From: Candidatus Eiseniibacteriota bacterium
GTDB lineage: Bacteria > Joyebacterota > Joyebacteria > Joyebacterales > Joyebacteraceae
Length of the DNA: 38,279 nt
Reading direction: 5' to 3'
Assembly (NCBI GenBank): GCA_043819135.1
Contig: JBDRFG010000063.1
Span: forward strand, 1-38,279
Shown: piece after piece, positions 37,382 through 38,279 of the stretch
How positions within the stretch are numbered: position 1 is the first letter of the stretch
Layout of the letters: each line of letters opens with the position of its first letter
Made by a program: the position numbers and the translations under genes
Notes under the pieces: generated by a model
Told to the model about the DNA's origin: nothing
The model's database searches: none
What the model saw: the letters and a program-made list of their open reading frames with translations, nothing else

Positions 37382-38278
37382 CTAGTCGTGTCTCGGATCA
37401 CTCGCCGGCGCGAACTGTGCTCTCGCGGCGGCCGTCGCGCGCTGACGGCGCTCGAGGTGGTACTGCTCCTTCTCCGGAGACCATCCCATCATGCGGACCT
37501 TGTCGCCCCTGGCGATCGTGATGAGGTGCGGGACGCAGAATCCAGATGTCTTGTTCTCCAGACTGCCGAGAATGGTGCTCGCCTCCGGGCCGTCCACGAG
37601 GAAGTGCTCCGCCCCCGGAGCGTGGATGCCCCATATGGCGTAGTACGGCATCACCCTGAGCGTGACGAGCTTCTGGTAGAGCTGTCTGAGCACGGCCGGA
37701 TCGTCGTTCACGCCCCTGAGCAGCGGACCCTGCTGGAGCATGACGATCCCCGCGTCGCCCATCATCCGGAGGCCTCGTTCCACCTCGGGTGTTATCTCCC
37801 GCGGATGCACGAAGGACAGCGTCATGAAGAGCGGGTTGTGCTCGGCCAGCATCTTGACGAGCGACTCGGTCACTCTCGACGGCGTGTAGATGGGCGACCG
37901 AGTCGTGATGCGCAGTATCTCCACGTGCGGAATGGCCCGCAGCGAAGACACCCAGTGGTGCAGCTCGTCGTCCGACAGGATGAGAGGCTCTCCCCCCGTG
38001 ATTATCACGTCGCGGATCGACTGGTCCTTGCGGACGTAGTCCAGCGCCCTGTCGCTCTCCTCCTGGCTCAGGTGCGTGACCTTGCCGCCCTTCCTGAAGC
38101 AGAAGCGGCAGTGCGATGCACACGCCAGCGTGGGGACTACGAGCAGCTTGCCAGGGTACCTGTGAATGATGCCCGGGCACGGCTGGTAGCGCGCCTCGTC
38201 GGCGTGCACGTCGTCGTCGTCCTCGCCCGGTCTGTGGCGCAGCTCGTCGGTCGTCGGGACCACCATCTTCCTGATCGG
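37382..38278 (-). CDS. KamA-family radical SAM/PLP aminomutase-like protein, 5'-truncated by the window
   Basis: PIRKMVVPT, HRYP, CASHCRFCFR (CX3CX2C+R), TGGEPL, HPREIT, LLRGVND, PYY, SGFCVP..K; the frame is open to the window edge. Confidence 0.9.
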   Translation of the reverse strand, partial: PIRKMVVPTTDELRHRPGEDDDDVHADEARYQPCPGIIHRYPGKLLVVPTLACASHCRFCFRKGGKVTHLSQEESDRALDYVRKDQSIRDVIITGGEPLILSDDELHHWVSSLRAIPHVEILRITTRSPIYTPSRVTESLVKMLAEHNPLFMTLSFVHPREITPEVERGLRMMGDAGIVMLQQGPLLRGVNDDPAVLRQLYQKLVTLRVMPYYAIWGIHAPGAEHFLVDGPEASTILGSLENKTSGFCVPHLITIARGDKVRMMGWSPEKEQYHLERRQRATAAARAQFAPASDPRHD

Positions 38279-38279
38279 G

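Overview
High-GC bacterial chromosomal window, probably a diderm because it carries lapA/lapB (lineage not assignable from sequence alone). It is almost entirely housekeeping genes on the minus strand. In transcription order: a partial KamA-family radical SAM gene; a FIST protein plus GAF hybrid histidine kinase pair behind a sigma54-type promoter; dapB; an HD hydrolase; proS; [rpsT on +]; uvrC-ogt-xerD; an in-frame tRNA-nucleotidyltransferase/ScpA fusion; scpB-rluB; cmk-plsC-ispH-rpsA; mtaB-miaB; lapA-lapB-TPR; mutS-mutL-miaA; [membrane sulfatase-like gene on +]; tRNA-Gly(CCC); DUF512-der-plsY-gpsA; and the first 15 nt of a probable tRNA-Pro at the left edge. I found no mobile element or CRISPR array. 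The most unusual points are: (1) a KamA paralogue in which both Asp residues that bind the lysine side chain appear to be Ile, suggesting a different, possibly hydrophobic, substrate; (2) the nucleotidyltransferase-ScpA fusion, which retains an internal promoter and start; (3) cmk, which has no ATG/GTG/TTG and appears to start at CTG; (4) a 4x G-rich tandem repeat between the divergent uvrC and rpsT promoters. All assignments come from motif recognition and recalled family sequences; no database searches were run.
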